This document shows, piece by piece, positions 30,625-38,310 of a stretch of DNA of 64,000 bases. Within the stretch, counting starts at the first letter, position 1, and each line of letters opens with the position of its first letter. Source of the DNA: an uncultured Actinomycetes bacterium. GTDB lineage: Bacteria; Actinomycetota; UBA4738; HRBIN12. The position numbers and the translations under genes are program-made. Location: the NCBI GenBank assembly GCA_963826185.1, contig CAWGVY010000005.1, positions 142,391-206,390 of the forward strand, in the 5' to 3' direction. The notes beneath the pieces were generated by a model. The model was not told the origin of the DNA and did not search any database. It was given only the letters and a program-made list of their open reading frames with translations.

Positions 30625-31460
30625 CCGAACTCCTCCAACTGCACGGCCACCGCGTTCCATTCGTCGTCGTCCACGCGAACGAAGTGATTGCGGTCGCGTT
30701 CCATGATCAAGGGGACGCCTTTCCCCAAGGTGGTGTGACAAACGATCGCCTTGGGCCGGCCGCTCACGTCCTGAGCTCGTTCGAAGGCTCCGAGGAGTTG
30801 CGCGATGTCATTGCCGTTGACCTCATCTGCCCACCAGCCGAACGCGCGCCACTTGTCGGCCAGGGGCTCGACCTCCAGCACCAGATCCCCGTCGGCTTGC
30901 GTCCGGTTCACGTCGATCACGCAGGTGAGGTTGTCCAGGCCCTGGTGTCCGGCGAACATGGCCGCCGCCCAGGTCGATCCCTCCTGCGTTTCTCCGTCGC
31001 TCATGATGTCGAAGATGCGTCCGGGATGGCCGCGGATCCGATAGCCGACCGCCAGGCCCGACGCCACGCCCAAGCCATGGGCGAGCGACCCGCCCGTCAG
31101 CTCGATGAAGGAGGGATGGCCATCGTGCGTCGAGGGGATCAGCTCGGACCCGTCGAGGGCGTAGGTGTCGAGATCGAAGCCGTCCAGATGCCCCGCCTCC
31201 GCAAGCGCGGCCCACAACCCGATCGAATAGTGGCCGGCCGAGAGGATGAACCGGTCCATCTCCGGAGATCGATCGACCGGGTCGTACCGCAGCTCGGACA
31301 GGAACAGGACCGCCAGGATGTCGGCGATGTCCAATCCCTGACCCACGTAGCCTTCGCCCTTGCCGGACGCCATCCTGACGACGTTGCGACGGATCTGCTT
31401 GGCTCGCGATCGGAGCTGCTCCGTCCGTTCGTCGGTGGCGGGCTCGGGACCGGCGGACAC
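30621..31460 (-). CDS. transketolase, N-terminal (TPP-binding) subunit
   Basis: GHYSIGLWAAL..., MSDGETQEGSTWAAAMFAGH, LTCVIDVNRTQADG. GTG start at 31460 follows GGAGGT. Confidence 0.9.
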   Translation of the reverse strand: MSAGPEPATDERTEQLRSRAKQIRRNVVRMASGKGEGYVGQGLDIADILAVLFLSELRYDPVDRSPEMDRFILSAGHYSIGLWAALAEAGHLDGFDLDTYALDGSELIPSTHDGHPSFIELTGGSLAHGLGVASGLAVGYRIRGHPGRIFDIMSDGETQEGSTWAAAMFAGHQGLDNLTCVIDVNRTQADGDLVLEVEPLADKWRAFGWWADEVNGNDIAQLLGAFERAQDVSGRPKAIVCHTTLGKGVPLIMERDRNHFVRVDDDEWNAVAVQLEEFG

Positions 31461-31487
31461 GCTACCTCCAGACGTCCGTGAGAAGGT

Positions 31488-31504
31488 GAGCAGATAACCT
31501 GCTC
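31488..31504. promoter_or_regulatory. perfect dyad GAGCAG-ATAAC-CTGCTC containing the CAGATAACCTGCT box, upstream of the transketolase operon
   Basis: Read directly. The 6-bp arms are perfectly complementary. Located 28-44 nt upstream of the GTG at 31460 (minus strand). Confidence 0.4.
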
Positions 31505-31615
31505 TCTGCGGAGTATGGTCGTCGAGTCGAAGACGCGTCAACCTGCGTGCAGTGCCGTACGTCGCTACCATCGGTGGCGACCGTTCCACCTATGACACAT
31601 TCGAGGAGGAGACAG

Positions 31616-31870
31616 ATGGCCGAGACCACCGGCACCGAGCTGCGCGACGAGGACATGGTGACCGAGAGGAGCGGCGCCACCGCGTCGAGCGAGGTTGGCC
31701 CCCGCGACACGGACGGCACCGACGGCGATTCCGATGGGACCGACGGCGACTCCGACGGCACCGACGGCGACTCCGACGGCACCGACGCCGACGGTACCGA
31801 CGGCGACGGCACCGACAGCACGGACGGCGACGGCACCGACGCGGACGGGACCGACGCGGCCATCGCGTGA
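31616..31870 (+). CDS. small acidic DGTD-repeat protein (84 aa)
   Basis: ATG at 31616 follows GAGGAGGAG. High third-position GC. MAETTGTELRDEDMVTERSGATASSEVGPRDTDGTDGDSDGTDGDSDGTDGDSDGTDADGTDGDGTDSTDGDGTDADGTDAAIA. Its stop overlaps the GTG of the next gene (GTGA). Confidence 0.6.
   Translation: MAETTGTELRDEDMVTERSGATASSEVGPRDTDGTDGDSDGTDGDSDGTDGDSDGTDADGTDGDGTDSTDGDGTDADGTDAAIA
31706..31855 (+). repeat. in-frame tandem repeat (15-21 nt units GGCACCGACGGCGAC[TCCGAC]) encoding DGTD(G/A)D(S) units
   Basis: Read directly: three near-identical 21-nt units followed by degenerate 15-24-nt units. Confidence 0.85.
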
Positions 31871-33066
31871 CGGTCGTCGCGACGGAGCGGGGAAGGACCA
31901 CCGACGGCGCCCTCGCCCGATGTACCGATGACCCCGATCGGTTCCGGGTTGAGGACTGGGGGCGTCGTGCCCGGAACTTCCCGTCGTCGGACCCGGCGGG
32001 CTTCGGCGATCTCCTCACCCTGGACGACGTCGACCGGTTCCTGACGACCACGGCGCTGCGAACGCCGTTCTTCCGGCTGGTGCGTGCCGGGGAGCGCATC
32101 CCGGAGGGGACCTACACCCGTTCGGGTCGCGCGGGCTCCCGCGACGTCTCGGGCATCGCTGATCCGGCGGCGGTCGCTCAGCTGTTCGAGGAGGGGGCCA
32201 CGATCGTGCTCCAGGCGATGCATCGATGGTCGGAGCCGGTCACCCGCTTCTGCCGCGATCTGGAGATGGAGCTCGGACACGCATGTCAGGTGAACGCCTA
32301 CATCACCCCCGCCGGTGCTCAGGGACTCGACCTGCACGAGGACGCGCACGACGTCTTCGTCCTGCAGGCGTTCGGCCGGAAGCGCTGGGAGGTGCACGGC
32401 GCACCGGCGGAGCCGGAACGTGGACCGTTCGACGAGGAGCTGGGGCCCGGCGACACGATCTACATGCCCACCGGCACGCCCCACGCCGCGTCGGCACAGC
32501 AGACGGTCTCGGGCCACCTCACGGTCGGCGTGCACGTCGCCACGTGGCGCGATGCTGTGGGTGGAGCCTGGACCGCCTTGCAGGCTGATCGGTCGTTGGA
32601 CGATCGGTTGCCCGTGGGCTGGCTTGACGACCCCCAGGAGCACGCAGCCGAGCTGGCCGCCCGGCTCCGATCGGCGGCCGACCGCCTCGCCGGGATGGAC
32701 GCCGGCGACATCCTCCGGCGTCGGGCCGATCGGTTCCTGTCCGCCCGTGCCCAGCTGGGGCGCGGTTCGCTCATCGAGCGTGCCTCGCCGATCGAGCTGG
32801 ACGATCGGACCGAGGTGCGTCGGCGTCCGGGTTCGGTGTGCGAGGTGCGGCTGCGAGGCGACGAGGTTTGGGTCCTGCTGGGCGATCGACGCATGCAGGT
32901 ACCGGCCTGGATCGAGCCCGCGATGCGCCTCATCGCCGGCCGCGACGTGCTCCAAGTAGGTGAGCTCGGTGAGGTCGTACCCGATGCGGCCAGCCGTGTG
33001 GTGCTGATCCGCCGGCTGATCCGGGAAGGGCTGCTCACGGCCGCCGCGGTATCAGGTCGCCGGTGA
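31867..33066 (+). CDS. JmjC/cupin Fe(II)/2-oxoglutarate oxygenase (bacterial ribosomal-oxygenase/YcfD-like)
   Basis: GTG at 31867. Facial-triad-like LHEDAHDVFVLQAFGRKRWEV (HxD) and MPTGTPHAA (distal His). C-terminal winged-helix-like tail. Confidence 0.75.
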   Translation: MTVVATERGRTTDGALARCTDDPDRFRVEDWGRRARNFPSSDPAGFGDLLTLDDVDRFLTTTALRTPFFRLVRAGERIPEGTYTRSGRAGSRDVSGIADPAAVAQLFEEGATIVLQAMHRWSEPVTRFCRDLEMELGHACQVNAYITPAGAQGLDLHEDAHDVFVLQAFGRKRWEVHGAPAEPERGPFDEELGPGDTIYMPTGTPHAASAQQTVSGHLTVGVHVATWRDAVGGAWTALQADRSLDDRLPVGWLDDPQEHAAELAARLRSAADRLAGMDAGDILRRRADRFLSARAQLGRGSLIERASPIELDDRTEVRRRPGSVCEVRLRGDEVWVLLGDRRMQVPAWIEPAMRLIAGRDVLQVGELGEVVPDAASRVVLIRRLIREGLLTAAAVSGRR

Positions 33067-33953
33067 CCGACCGAGACGACCGCTGTTCCCTGCGCAGCGA
33101 GGCGCTGGACGAACCGCTCGCCGGCACCGCTTCGACGATCCGGCGATGGCTGCTTATCGAGCATGCCGGTCCGTGGGGCCGTGACGGCCTGCTCGATGCC
33201 CGTTTGCCCGAGGGGCTCGGCGTCGAACTCCGCGCGTTGGAACGGCGGGCGGGGTGCCGAGTGTTGCTGATCCGACGTCCCGAGCGAGCGCCCGGCAGCG
33301 TCACCTGCTTCGCGGTCGACACCTCCCAGGCGTGGATCGGCTCGACCACGCTCGAGGGGATCGCCACGTCCCCTCAGCTCGACCCGGCCGATCGCGACGT
33401 GTTCCCCGGAACCGACGCGGGTCCCCTGGCCGTGGTGTGCACCCACGGACGTCGCGACATCTGCTGCGCCGAGCGGGGCCGTCCGCTGGCCGCGACCACC
33501 GCTTCGGTGTTTCCGGGCGCCGTGTGGGAGAGCACGCACGTCGGTGGCGATCGGTTCGCCGGCAACATGGTCCTGTTCCCGCACGGACTCGTGTACGGAC
33601 ACCTCGAGGCGGAGCGCGGAGCTGAGGTGCTTGCCGCCTACGCCGACGGACGCATCGTGCTCGACCGGTTCCGCGGGCGAACGAGCCATCCGATGCCGGC
33701 GCAAGCGGCCGACCACGCGGTGCGGAGCCGCTACGGGCTCGACGGCGTAGACGACGTGCAGCTGCTGATGACGGAGCGTGAGCGAGGACGAGCTCGGGTC
33801 CGACTGCAGCTGCCCGAACGAGAGGCCGAGGTCCACCTGCTGCGGCGAACCCTCCCCCGGATACGCCTCACGTGCTCCGCAACCGCCGCGGAGCCTCCCG
33901 TGACATGGGACGTGGCGTCGATCGCCGTCTCGAGCGAACGATCGTCCGACTGA
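33063..33953 (+). CDS. sucrase/ferredoxin-like (thioredoxin-like 2Fe-2S) family protein
   Basis: GTGA overlap with the JmjC gene. Hallmark VCTHGRRDICCAERGRP. Confidence 0.75.
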   Translation: MTDRDDRCSLRSEALDEPLAGTASTIRRWLLIEHAGPWGRDGLLDARLPEGLGVELRALERRAGCRVLLIRRPERAPGSVTCFAVDTSQAWIGSTTLEGIATSPQLDPADRDVFPGTDAGPLAVVCTHGRRDICCAERGRPLAATTASVFPGAVWESTHVGGDRFAGNMVLFPHGLVYGHLEAERGAEVLAAYADGRIVLDRFRGRTSHPMPAQAADHAVRSRYGLDGVDDVQLLMTERERGRARVRLQLPEREAEVHLLRRTLPRIRLTCSATAAEPPVTWDVASIAVSSERSSD

Positions 33954-33978
33954 CCGCCTGCGGGGGAAGGGCTAGGCT

Positions 33979-34650
33979 GTGGCCGTGTCGCCCGAACGGA
34001 CCCAGGAGACCCCTCATCCACCCGCCACGCCGGAGTTCGGCCTCGTCCAGGTCGGCGGGCCGCCCCACGACTACCCGGAAGAGGGTTCCCTGCGCGTCCG
34101 GAAACTCGCCGTGGGTCCGTACGAGAACAACGTCTACGCGCTCGTCTCGGGCGATGAGGCCCTGATCGTGGACGGTGCCGACGAGGCCGATCGGATCCTG
34201 AGCCTCGTCGAGGGGCTGAAGGTAACCGGGATCGTGGAGACCCACAACCACGCCGACCACGTCCAGGCATTGTCGGCGTTGGTGGAGTCATTGGGGGTCC
34301 CCGTGTACGCGCATCCGGAGGATCCGCCGCCCGTGCCGTTCATCTCGCTCGCCGACGGTGAGCATCTGACGGTGGGCGGTGACACGGTCGCCGTGCTCCA
34401 CACGCCCGGTCACACCCCAGGCAGCGTGTGCTTCGCGACCGGGAGCTTCCTGTTCTCCGGAGACACGTTGTTCCCGGCGGGCCCGGGCAAGACCGGCGAT
34501 CCGGAACGGTTCGCGCGCATCATGGCGAGCCTCGACGGCCTGTTCGGAGCGCTCCCGGACACCACCAGGGTCTGTCCGGGACACGGGTTGGACACCACGA
34601 TCGGGCGTGAACGTCCGTACGTGGAGACCTGGCGCGCCCGCGGCTGGTAG
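33979..34650 (+). CDS. MBL-fold metallo-hydrolase (glyoxalase II-like)
   Basis: ETHNHADHVQAL (HxHxDH), HTPGHTPGS, CPGHG. Confidence 0.85.
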   Translation: MAVSPERTQETPHPPATPEFGLVQVGGPPHDYPEEGSLRVRKLAVGPYENNVYALVSGDEALIVDGADEADRILSLVEGLKVTGIVETHNHADHVQALSALVESLGVPVYAHPEDPPPVPFISLADGEHLTVGGDTVAVLHTPGHTPGSVCFATGSFLFSGDTLFPAGPGKTGDPERFARIMASLDGLFGALPDTTRVCPGHGLDTTIGRERPYVETWRARGW

Positions 34651-34668
34651 CGCCGGGGGCTCGCTCTC

Positions 34669-35172
34669 TCAGAGGACCTTCGTGCCGTACATCTCCCCGA
34701 GCGGATCGGCGATCAGCTCGAGCCTCGCGCCGTCGGGGTCGGAGAAGTAGATCGAGGTCCCGCTCTCGTGCAGGTAGGCGACTCCGTTGTCGTCGAGCTT
34801 GCCCTTGAGGCGCTCCCACGTCTCGGGCTCGACCGAGATCGAGAGGTGATGCAGCCCGCCGAGCACCTCGGCGTACGGCCCGAGGTCCAGGCCGGGGAAG
34901 TCGAAGAACGCCAGGAGGTTGCCGTTCCCGACGTCGAAGAAGAAGTGGTTCGAGCCCTTGTAGTCGCGGTTCTCGAAGATGTCTGTCAGCGGGAACTCGA
35001 GCACGTCCTGGTAGAAGCGGACGGTCCGCTCGACGTCCGAGCACAGCAGCGCGACGTGGTGGATCCCTCGCGCCGACGACCTGGTCGTGCGTCCCTCCGG
35101 CTTCAGGTGGGTGTCACGGATCCGCTCGCGTTCGGTCTCGATCGCGGCCAGGTCGATGTCGGTGTCGCTCAT
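34669..35172 (-). CDS. VOC/glyoxalase family protein
   Basis: GIHHVALLCSDVERTVRFYQDVLEF...LHHLSISV...IYFSDPDGARLELI. Confidence 0.85.
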   Translation of the reverse strand: MSDTDIDLAAIETERERIRDTHLKPEGRTTRSSARGIHHVALLCSDVERTVRFYQDVLEFPLTDIFENRDYKGSNHFFFDVGNGNLLAFFDFPGLDLGPYAEVLGGLHHLSISVEPETWERLKGKLDDNGVAYLHESGTSIYFSDPDGARLELIADPLGEMYGTKVL

Positions 35173-35210
35173 GGTCGGCCTCCTTCGTTCGTCGCGCGCG
35201 GCTGGTCGGT

Positions 35211-36043
35211 TCAGATCCGGAAGAACAGGTTGAGGAACCGATCGGCCAGCGCGGGGTCACCACGGTACGGTTCCGGCGTTGACACGACCGAACACGGTGA
35301 GCACGAAGCTCGACGGATCGAACTCGAACGCCACCGGCAGATCGTCGACGCTCGCCCGCCTCGTACGTGACAGCCCTCGGGCGCCACCGTGCAGCCTGGT
35401 GTCGCCGGCGTTGGCTCCCGATAGTGATCCGGATGCCGACCTCGAACGGCTCGGACGTCTCCTGGGTCGCGGCGGTCGCCTGCCAGAGGACGAACATGAA
35501 CGGGATCAGCAGATCTGCGGACGTCGCCGGCCAGGCCGTGCGCGCGAACCAGTGCCCTGGCGGATGTCCCAGGAGTGCACCCCGTAGTCCATCAGCTGGA
35601 AGGCGGGGTAGAAGAACGCCGGCAGCGGCCCCATGTAGAAGTGGGGCACGATCAGGTCGGTCCAGTCGTCCTCGCTGAGTCCTTCGAGGATCCCCATCAT
35701 CCTGTCGAAGTCAGAGCGCAGGCGCGACAGGAGCTCCTGCTGTGGGACCGTTCCGGAAGCTCTGCGCCTGTTCGTTCGCTCGCTCCGCCATGCCGAGAAC
35801 GCCGTACGCGTCGCCCGCCTCGCCGCTGGCTCGCGCGATGTCGAACGCCTCGAAGTACGCTTCGGTCACGTCCACGATGTGCCCGATGACGTCGCGCACC
35901 TGCCATTCGGCCGACGCCGTCTGCGTCTCCCAGACGTCCGGGGGCTCGGCCAGCGCGAACATCCCCTCGGCCTGCTCACGGACGACCCGGAGCATGGTGT
36001 CCTTCGCCTCGAACGTCATACCGTTCCACTCGCTCATGCCCAT
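35211..36043 (-). pseudogene. TIGR03083/DinB-like mycothiol-dependent maleylpyruvate-isomerase-family enzyme, multiply frameshifted
   Basis: The N-terminus is intact in ORF 35711..36043 (WQVRDVIGHIVDVTEAYF). It continues in ORF 35506..35700 (LSEDDWTDLIVPHFYMGPLP...MDYGVHSWDIRQG), then ORF 35114..35497, then two more hops to the tail GDPALADRFLNLFFRI with its stop at 35211. At least 5 frame switches. Confidence 0.6.
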
Positions 36044-36058
36044 CCCTCCCTCGTCCCC

Positions 36059-37060
36059 TCAAGGCATCCTAGGCTCGAACGCGGCCTCGAGCAGAGCCCG
36101 AATGGCGCCTGGGTCGTACGTGCCCGCGAGCTCTTGGACCGTCTCATCGATCGCGGTGCGGGGCAGGCCGATCTCCGCGAGCGAGAGAGGAGCGCCGGTG
36201 TCGACCGCCAGGCGACGGAGGGCGTCGGCCGCAGTTTCACCTGCGTCGACCCCCAGCGCTTCGGCGAAGGCGCCCATCGGGACCGGTGCCTCCGGTTGAT
36301 GGGCCTCGGCAACGTAGGGGAGCAGCACCGCGTGGACGTCTGCGTGCACCAGCCCGAAGCGACCGCCCAGAACGTGGGCGATCTTGTGCTGCAACCCGGT
36401 GCCCGCGAGCGCCAGGGCTCGCCCCGCCAGGAATCCCCCGTACTGGGCGCGGGTTCGGGCCTCGAGGGCTTTCGCATCCCGCACGCAGCCCCGGAGGGCG
36501 TCGGGCAAGGTCCGCGAGGCCTCCGACGCGACGACCCCTGCTGGGGGGTTCGCACCGGGTCCGGCGAACGCCTCCATGCAGTGGGCCAGGGCGTTCAGAC
36601 CGCTTGCGGCCGTGACCCGAGCGGGCAGCGCCAGCGTCAGCTCCGGGTCGTAGATCACCGTCCTCGGCAGTGCCCGCAGGTCGCGGCGGGTGATCTTGCG
36701 CTCGGCGGTCACGCCGAAGATCGGCGTCATCTCCGAGCCCGAGTACGTGGTGGGGACGGCGATCAGCGGAAGGTCGGCGGTTGCGGCGACGACCTTCCCC
36801 AGACCGATCGTCGATCCGCCGCCCGCCGTCACAACGCCGTCGGCATCCGCACTCCTCGCCTGGACGACGACCTGGTCGGCCAGGTCCTCGGGCACGTGCT
36901 GGCGGATCGTCGTGTGGGTTTGCACGACCAGCTCGCCCAGGAGCGTCGTGGCGACCTCCCCCGCGTGCGTCGCCGATCCCCCGGCGATCACCATCACCCG
37001 GGAGCACCCCAGGGCGTCGGCCTCCTCGCGAAGCCGGTGGAAAGTTCCCACGCCGAACAC
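36059..37060 (-). CDS. maleylacetate reductase (iron-containing alcohol dehydrogenase family); N-terminus probably disrupted
   Basis: GGGSTIGLGK, AVPTTYSGSEMT and GLNALAHCMEA motifs. In-frame upstream codons still read IDPFICDLLPGRI, the expected N-terminus, but the only RBS-backed start (GTG 37109) is in another frame. Confidence 0.8.
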   Translation of the reverse strand: MFGVGTFHRLREEADALGCSRVMVIAGGSATHAGEVATTLLGELVVQTHTTIRQHVPEDLADQVVVQARSADADGVVTAGGGSTIGLGKVVAATADLPLIAVPTTYSGSEMTPIFGVTAERKITRRDLRALPRTVIYDPELTLALPARVTAASGLNALAHCMEAFAGPGANPPAGVVASEASRTLPDALRGCVRDAKALEARTRAQYGGFLAGRALALAGTGLQHKIAHVLGGRFGLVHADVHAVLLPYVAEAHQPEAPVPMGAFAEALGVDAGETAADALRRLAVDTGAPLSLAEIGLPRTAIDETVQELAGTYDPGAIRALLEAAFEPRMP

Positions 37061-37268
37061 GATCCTGCCCGGGAGGAGATCGCATATGAACGGGTCGATC
37101 GCGGCTCACCTCGCAACCCTCACTCAACGGAGGGATCGCTCGACGACGTCGCAGAATCCGTCCCGCTCGCACAGGGTGTCAAGCCACCGTCGAAGCATCA
37201 GGTCGATACCGCATCGGCTCCTCGCTCGGCCACCTAGACTCGGAGGCCGATCCGAGGAGGGCTTGCGC

Positions 37269-38270
37269 ATGGCGAAAGGGATCTTGGAACGACTGGCTGA
37301 GGGGCCCGTCCTCGGGGACGGCGGGTACCTTCTGGAGCTCGAGAAGCGTGGGTACGTTCAGGCAGGCCCGTTCACGCCGGAGGTGGTGATCGAACACCCG
37401 GACGCCCTCGCGCAACTGCACCGGGAGTTCCTCCGCGCGGGAGCGGAGGTGCTGCAGACGATGACCTTCTACGCGAGCGACGACAAGCTGGCGACCGTGG
37501 GACTGGAGGGCGCCGTCGACGAGATCAACCGCAACGCGGTGCGTATCGCACGCGAAGTGGCGGACGAGGCCGATGCGCTCGTCGCCGGCAATCTGTCGCT
37601 CACCTGGGCATACGATCCAGCGGACCCGTCAACCGCCGATCACGTCCGAGGCCTCTTCGACAAGCAGCTCCAAGATCAGCTGGATGCCGGGCCGCCCGAC
37701 TTCTGGATCGGCGAGACGTTCTCCTACCTGGGAGAGGCGCTCCTGTTCGTCGAGCGAGCGAAGTCCACCGGACTGCCGGTGATGGCGACGATGTGTTTCG
37801 AGACGATCCCGGCGGCCTCCTACGAGGGCGACGCGCCGGGCGAGTCCGCCAAGCGGCTCGCCGATGCCGGCGCAGACATCGTGGGCGTCAACTGTCTCAA
37901 CGGCCCGGCACAGCAGCTGCCGATGGCCGCTCAGATGGTGGAAGCCGTTGACGGCGCTGTGCCGGTCGCCGCTCAGCCCGTGGCCTACGCCACATCCCAG
38001 GAGAAGCCGGACTTCACGGGATGGCCGGCCTTCCCGTATGGACTCTCCGCGATGACCTTGCCGCGCGGCGATCTGGCTCGGTTCGCCGCGGAGGCCCGAG
38101 ACGCCGGTGTGCGATACATCGGCTCGTGTTGCGGGTCGGTCGCCGAGCACGTCCGCGCGATGGCCAAGGTTCTGGGCAAGCTCCCCCAACAGGAGCGGGA
38201 GTGGCGCTCGGCCGACGGCCAGGCCATGTCCGCCTACGAGTACCACCACCACACCGAAACGGAGGTCTAG
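37269..38270 (+). CDS. homocysteine S-methyltransferase domain protein (BHMT-like)
   Basis: ATG at 37269. LGDGGYLLELEKRGY, VLQTMTFYAS, IGETF and the C-terminal zinc-ligand pair IGSCCGS. Confidence 0.8.
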   Translation: MAKGILERLAEGPVLGDGGYLLELEKRGYVQAGPFTPEVVIEHPDALAQLHREFLRAGAEVLQTMTFYASDDKLATVGLEGAVDEINRNAVRIAREVADEADALVAGNLSLTWAYDPADPSTADHVRGLFDKQLQDQLDAGPPDFWIGETFSYLGEALLFVERAKSTGLPVMATMCFETIPAASYEGDAPGESAKRLADAGADIVGVNCLNGPAQQLPMAAQMVEAVDGAVPVAAQPVAYATSQEKPDFTGWPAFPYGLSAMTLPRGDLARFAAEARDAGVRYIGSCCGSVAEHVRAMAKVLGKLPQQEREWRSADGQAMSAYEYHHHTETEV

Positions 38271-38273
38271 GTC

Positions 38274-38310
38274 GCGCGGGCCCGCTGGTAGCTGCCGGGA
38301 TGGCCCGCGC
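38274..38310. terminator. GC-rich hairpin between convergent genes (9-bp perfect stem GCGCGGGCC / GGCCCGCGC, 19-nt loop)
   Basis: Read directly. No U-tract, as is common in high-GC bacteria. Overlaps the cyclase stop codon. Confidence 0.4.

Noticed and set aside
21459-31504. Reading the GCAGGTTATC box simply as a -10 promoter hexamer
   Set aside because: Only the 21.4-kb copy gives a TANNNT-type hexamer (TATCAT) with a plausible TTGACT -35. The other two copies read TATCTG and lack a convincing -35. I therefore keep the box as an operator or unknown element instead of annotating promoters.
31706-31855. Tandem repeat array considered as a CRISPR or non-coding VNTR
   Set aside because: The units are 15-21 nt without unique spacers. 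They keep one reading frame with high GC3 and sit inside an ORF with a strong RBS, so this is a coding amino-acid repeat. The 497-aa antisense ORF 31462..32955, with its SVPS repeats, is just its mirror image.
37110-37268. Possible SAM/SAH-type riboswitch in the 160-nt leader of the homocysteine methyltransferase gene
   Set aside because: I noticed a GTCAAGCC segment and a small TCGGCC/GGCCGA stem. However, I could not reconstruct the conserved cores of the SAM-I/IV, SAM-II or SAH riboswitches. The region also has to hold the divergent reductase promoter. A covariance-model search (Rfam/Infernal) would settle it.
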